DNA of 8,261 nucleotides from a virus. Taxonomy: Duplodnaviria > Heunggongvirae > Uroviricota > Caudoviricetes. A program made the position numbers and the translations under genes. The stretch is taken from the IMG/VR virus record IMGVR_UViG_2681813321_000016. One strand, written 5' to 3'. The notes beneath the pieces were generated by a model. The model saw only the letters and a list, made by a program, of their open reading frames with translations. It was not told the origin of the DNA and did no database searches. Below are positions 5,570 through 8,261 of this stretch, one piece after another; the stretch's first letter is position 1; each line of letters opens with the position of its first letter.

Positions 5570-8261
5570 TTAAACGCTCGCTACATTATACCAGGTGCCA
5601 TTTATATACTTTTGAACGGGTCTGTAATAAACGCCCGCTATATTATCGGCAGAGTTAGACCCTGTATCCTGAACATTAATACCAGACAATACATGACCTG
5701 AAGGGCACCGGAAATACCATGTTTGCCAGTTGTTCACTCCATAATATTGCTGTGAACCAAGTCGAACATCTTTCACATAACGGGAATCAAAGTTACCGTA
5801 ATCCGAGGGGTTAACACGCCCTGTAATATTTATGGTTTTATTACTTTGAATGCTTCCGGAGACAAAGCGCATAACATGGACGTTATTAGCATAAACATCC
5901 AGATTACCATCGCCATTTTGTTTAAAGCCCGTGTCATTATCACCCAATACAATCGAATTACCGCCAAGAGCACTGGATGTTCCGATACCCAGTGTACCAT
6001 TCAGTTGACCACCAGATAACGGCAGTGCACCAACATCTCCTGCTGAAGGTTTTCTGGTGGTGGTGTAAAATTCGGACCAGTCGGCTTCAAAACCATAACC
6101 ATCACGGGCTGAACGATAAAAAACACCGCCATTTTTATAATTAATCCGAAACTGAGCTGCAGGACAACTTCCTTCTCCCATATAAAAATGAATAATTAAC
6201 GTTGATGCACCACTAATAGTTGCGTTATAGGCTCCGCTACTCCAGTTCCATCCAACTGCTTTATCATTCGCAACGGTGCTTCCTGTTTTCCCTAAGGCAA
6301 ACGCACCAACATGACTTGCTTTTAATGTGATATCGGAGGAACCATCAAAAGCCACATTGCTTATTTTCCTGGCAGTTTTTAATTTTGCAGCTGTAGAAGC
6401 ATTGCCGGATAGTTCACCAGAAAGGCCACCGCTGAATGTTTGTCGATTAGTCCAGGTATTCGCTGTACTGAGTAACGGTATTTTCTCCCCGCTTGTGCCG
6501 AGTTCTCGTAAACCGAGGTATTCGATAACGGCGGCAACGGTCGATTTCGCAAGAATATCCCGCCCAACTTTTGTCAGGGTTGCCAGACTGGCAACATCAT
6601 TCCCCGTAAAATACGGAAACCTGTCTGCCGCAGTAGCAAGCCCGGCCAGCGCCGTCAGGGTGGCATCTTTCGGTTGCTTACCCGCAAGCGCGTTAGTCAT
6701 GGTGGTCGCAAAATTCGGGTCGTTGCCCAACGCCGCAGCCAGCTCGTTCAGCGTATTCAGTGCGTCAGGCGACGAGTCCACGAGGGCAGCGATCGCAGCC
6801 ATAACATAAGCCGTGCTTGCGATTTGGGTATTATTCGTTCCCTGTCGCGCAGTTGGTGTTGTTGGCGTTCCGGTCAGTGCAGGACTATTTAAGGGCGCTT
6901 TCTTGTTCGTTTCACCCATTACCGCCTTAACCGCTTTTGGCGTTGCCGCCAGTGACTCGGAAGTGCTGTTGGTCGCACTGCTGAGCTGTACTATCCCCTT
7001 TTTCGTCGTGCTCGCATCCTCCAGCGCCACGGCGGATGCAATATCCTCTGCCCGTTTTGCTGCTGTCTCGGCGCGCGTTGCCGCGGATTCCGCCGTACTT
7101 TTGCTCTGAGCTGCCGCCGTCACACTACCAGCTGCCTCTGATGCTTTCATTGTTGCTGTCGTGGCACTACCTTTCGCTGCTGACGCTTGTCTGGTCGCCT
7201 CATCTTTTGAAGCAGACGCAGATGATGCCGATGACGCCGCTGAACTGGCTGACGATGCGGCTGCCGCCTTAGAGGAAGCAGCATTGTCTGCTGAAGTCTT
7301 TGCATTTGTTTCAGAGGTTTTTGCTGCAGAAGCAGACCTCGCTGCTGCAGTGGCTTGCTCAGTGGCTTTGCCAGCCTTCGTTGTGGCTGTTGAAGCGGAT
7401 GATGCGGCGCTTTCTGCCGATTTTCCGGCGGCGGTGGCACTGGCTGAGGCCTGCCCGGCACTTGTTGACGCGGCACTGGCAGACGACGCAGCCGCTGTTT
7501 TTGAGCCTGCCGCAGCCGAGGCGCTCTGTCCCGCTGCCGTTTCAGAAGACCTGGCGTTTGTCTCAGACGTCTTTGCCGCCTTCGCGGAATTGCCTGCCGC
7601 CGTTGCCGAGGAAGCGGCACTACTGGCGCTTGATGATGCGTTCGTTTCTGATGATTTCGCTGCCTCTTTTGAGGCCGCCGCATCCCGGGCTGAGGTGGCT
7701 GCTTCTGACGCCTTCGTGGTCGCGGCGGATGCAGAAGTGGCTGCTGATTGTTGTGACGCTGCCGCATTCGTTTCTGACGTTTTCGCCGCAGCGGCACTGG
7801 TAGCTGCCGCGCTTTTTGAGGACTCTGCAGCAGCAGCACTTTTCGATGCTTCACTGGCCTTTGTTGATGCCGTTCCTGCGCTGGAAGACGCTGACTGAGC
7901 CGACGACGCGGCCTGTCCGGCTGACGTGCTGGCGGCACGTGCTGAGGCTGCAGCATCGGTTGCATGAGTTACCGCCTCGCTGGCTGATGCACTGGCATCG
8001 CTGGCTGATTTTTTCGCGGCTGCCGTATTCTGTGCAACCGCGGAGGCGTTACGTGACACTTCTTCCACCATCTGCTCAAAGCGGCGCAGTGCCTCCGGTC
8101 GGACATCATCCTCCGTCATGGCACCGAGAAAATCATTCAGCGTACCTGGTCTGGAACCTTCATAGACGGTAATGGTCCCGGCATGTGAAGGCGGAAAACC
8201 TTCAACCAGCAGGGTGACGCTGTACTGACCATGCTCAACATCCATGCTGTAACGTCCGGCT
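5570..8261 (-). CDS. stf: Side tail fiber protein (constant shaft fused to tip SvA), 5'-partial; gene start lies beyond the right edge
   Basis: Minus-strand frame open from the window edge to a stop at 5570 (at least 891 aa). The N-terminal part ([47 protein letters not shown]...) and the Ala/Ser/Thr-rich repeats resemble lambda Stf/StfR-type fibers as I recall them; the [26 protein letters not shown] motif is typical. The constant part ends ...AAVIEYLGL at site 3 and continues into SvA. Symbol is family-level only. Confidence 0.9.
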   Translation of the reverse strand, partial: AGRYSMDVEHGQYSVTLLVEGFPPSHAGTITVYEGSRPGTLNDFLGAMTEDDVRPEALRRFEQMVEEVSRNASAVAQNTAAAKKSASDASASASEAVTHATDAAASARAASTSAGQAASSAQSASSSAGTASTKASEASKSAAAAESSKSAAATSAAAAKTSETNAAASQQSAATSASAATTKASEAATSARDAAASKEAAKSSETNASSSASSAASSATAAGNSAKAAKTSETNARSSETAAGQSASAAAGSKTAAASSASAASTSAGQASASATAAGKSAESAASSASTATTKAGKATEQATAAARSASAAKTSETNAKTSADNAASSKAAAASSASSAASSASSASASKDEATRQASAAKGSATTATMKASEAAGSVTAAAQSKSTAESAATRAETAAKRAEDIASAVALEDASTTKKGIVQLSSATNSTSESLAATPKAVKAVMGETNKKAPLNSPALTGTPTTPTARQGTNNTQIASTAYVMAAIAALVDSSPDALNTLNELAAALGNDPNFATTMTNALAGKQPKDATLTALAGLATAADRFPYFTGNDVASLATLTKVGRDILAKSTVAAVIEYLGLRELGTSGEKIPLLSTANTWTNRQTFSGGLSGELSGNASTAAKLKTARKISNVAFDGSSDITLKASHVGAFALGKTGSTVANDKAVGWNWSSGAYNATISGASTLIIHFYMGEGSCPAAQFRINYKNGGVFYRSARDGYGFEADWSEFYTTTRKPSAGDVGALPLSGGQLNGTLGIGTSSALGGNSIVLGDNDTGFKQNGDGNLDVYANNVHVMRFVSGSIQSNKTINITGRVNPSDYGNFDSRYVKDVRLGSQQYYGVNNWQTWYFRCPSGHVLSGINVQDTGSNSADNIAGVYYRPVQKYINGTWYNVASV
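6503..6528. other. Crossover site 3 inside the fiber gene at the constant/variable junction
   Basis: TTCTCGTAAACC-GA-GGTATTCGATAA on the plus strand; its reverse complement TTATCGAATACC-TC-GGTTTACGAGAA differs from site 1 at two positions. Encodes IEYLGLRE in the fiber frame, the position where crossover sites sit in Mu G-segment/e14 P-segment-type systems. Confidence 0.8.
7050..8020. repeat. Low-complexity Ala/Ser/Thr-rich repeat region of the fiber shaft
   Basis: The fiber translation here is dominated by A/S/T with recurring KTSETNA, SASAA and ASEAA units. The compositional bias creates long spurious ORFs in other frames (7161..7898 +, 7147..7965 -, 7300..7803 +). Boundaries are approximate. 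Confidence 0.6.

Larger units (their letters stand above)
3593..6519. repeat. Right arm of the inverted duplication; the copy currently joined to the fiber constant region
   Basis: As for the left arm. This arm is contiguous with the fiber shaft through site 3 and with the full SvB N-terminus through the 161-bp spacer. Confidence 0.9.

Noticed and set aside
505-6519. Inverted repeats as the ends of an IS element or composite transposon
   Set aside because: The arms are ~2.9 kb and encode tail-fiber tip and chaperone genes, not short terminal inverted repeats. No transposase ORF or target-site duplication is visible, and the arm boundaries coincide with invertase crossover sites.
496-6528. 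CRISPR array or other short tandem repeat structure
   Set aside because: The only repeated short elements are three 26-bp crossover sites spaced about 3 kb apart and two copies of the terminator palindrome. There is no regular repeat-spacer periodicity.
6674-8172. Several long ORFs in other frames across the fiber shaft (for example 7161..7898 +, 7147..7965 -, 7300..7803 +, 7816..8172 +, 6813..7109 +)
   Set aside because: They lie entirely within the Ala/Ser-rich repeat region of the minus-strand fiber gene, have extreme biased composition (poly-Ala/Asp or Pro/Arg/Gln), and no start context. They are the expected by-product of GC-rich low-complexity coding sequence.

Overview
This window is the tail-fiber end of a prophage and carries a Gin/Pin/Cin/Hin-type invertible switch with an unusual architecture. 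On the minus strand a long side-tail-fiber gene (lambda Stf/StfR-like shaft with an Ala/Ser/Thr-rich repeat region) runs in from beyond the right edge and ends at 5570, followed by a tail fiber assembly gene (5568..5035). The fiber constant part joins its C-terminal tip at a 26-bp gix/hix-like crossover site (6503-6528). A second tip cassette (SvB+TfaB, 3412..5004, plus strand) is silent. The remarkable feature is that the whole tip segment is present twice as a mirror image: 505-3431 is the reverse complement of 3593-6519 (symmetry axis near 3512), separated by a unique 161-bp spacer that holds a hybrid crossover site (3422-3447). A third site (496-521) abuts a serine-invertase pseudogene (259..465 intact N-terminal 68 codons, then nonsense codons and decay). 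So this looks like an orphaned, duplicated, possibly trans-activated host-range switch; an assembly artefact from a mixed-orientation population must be excluded. All homology statements are from my reading of the translations and motifs, not from database searches.
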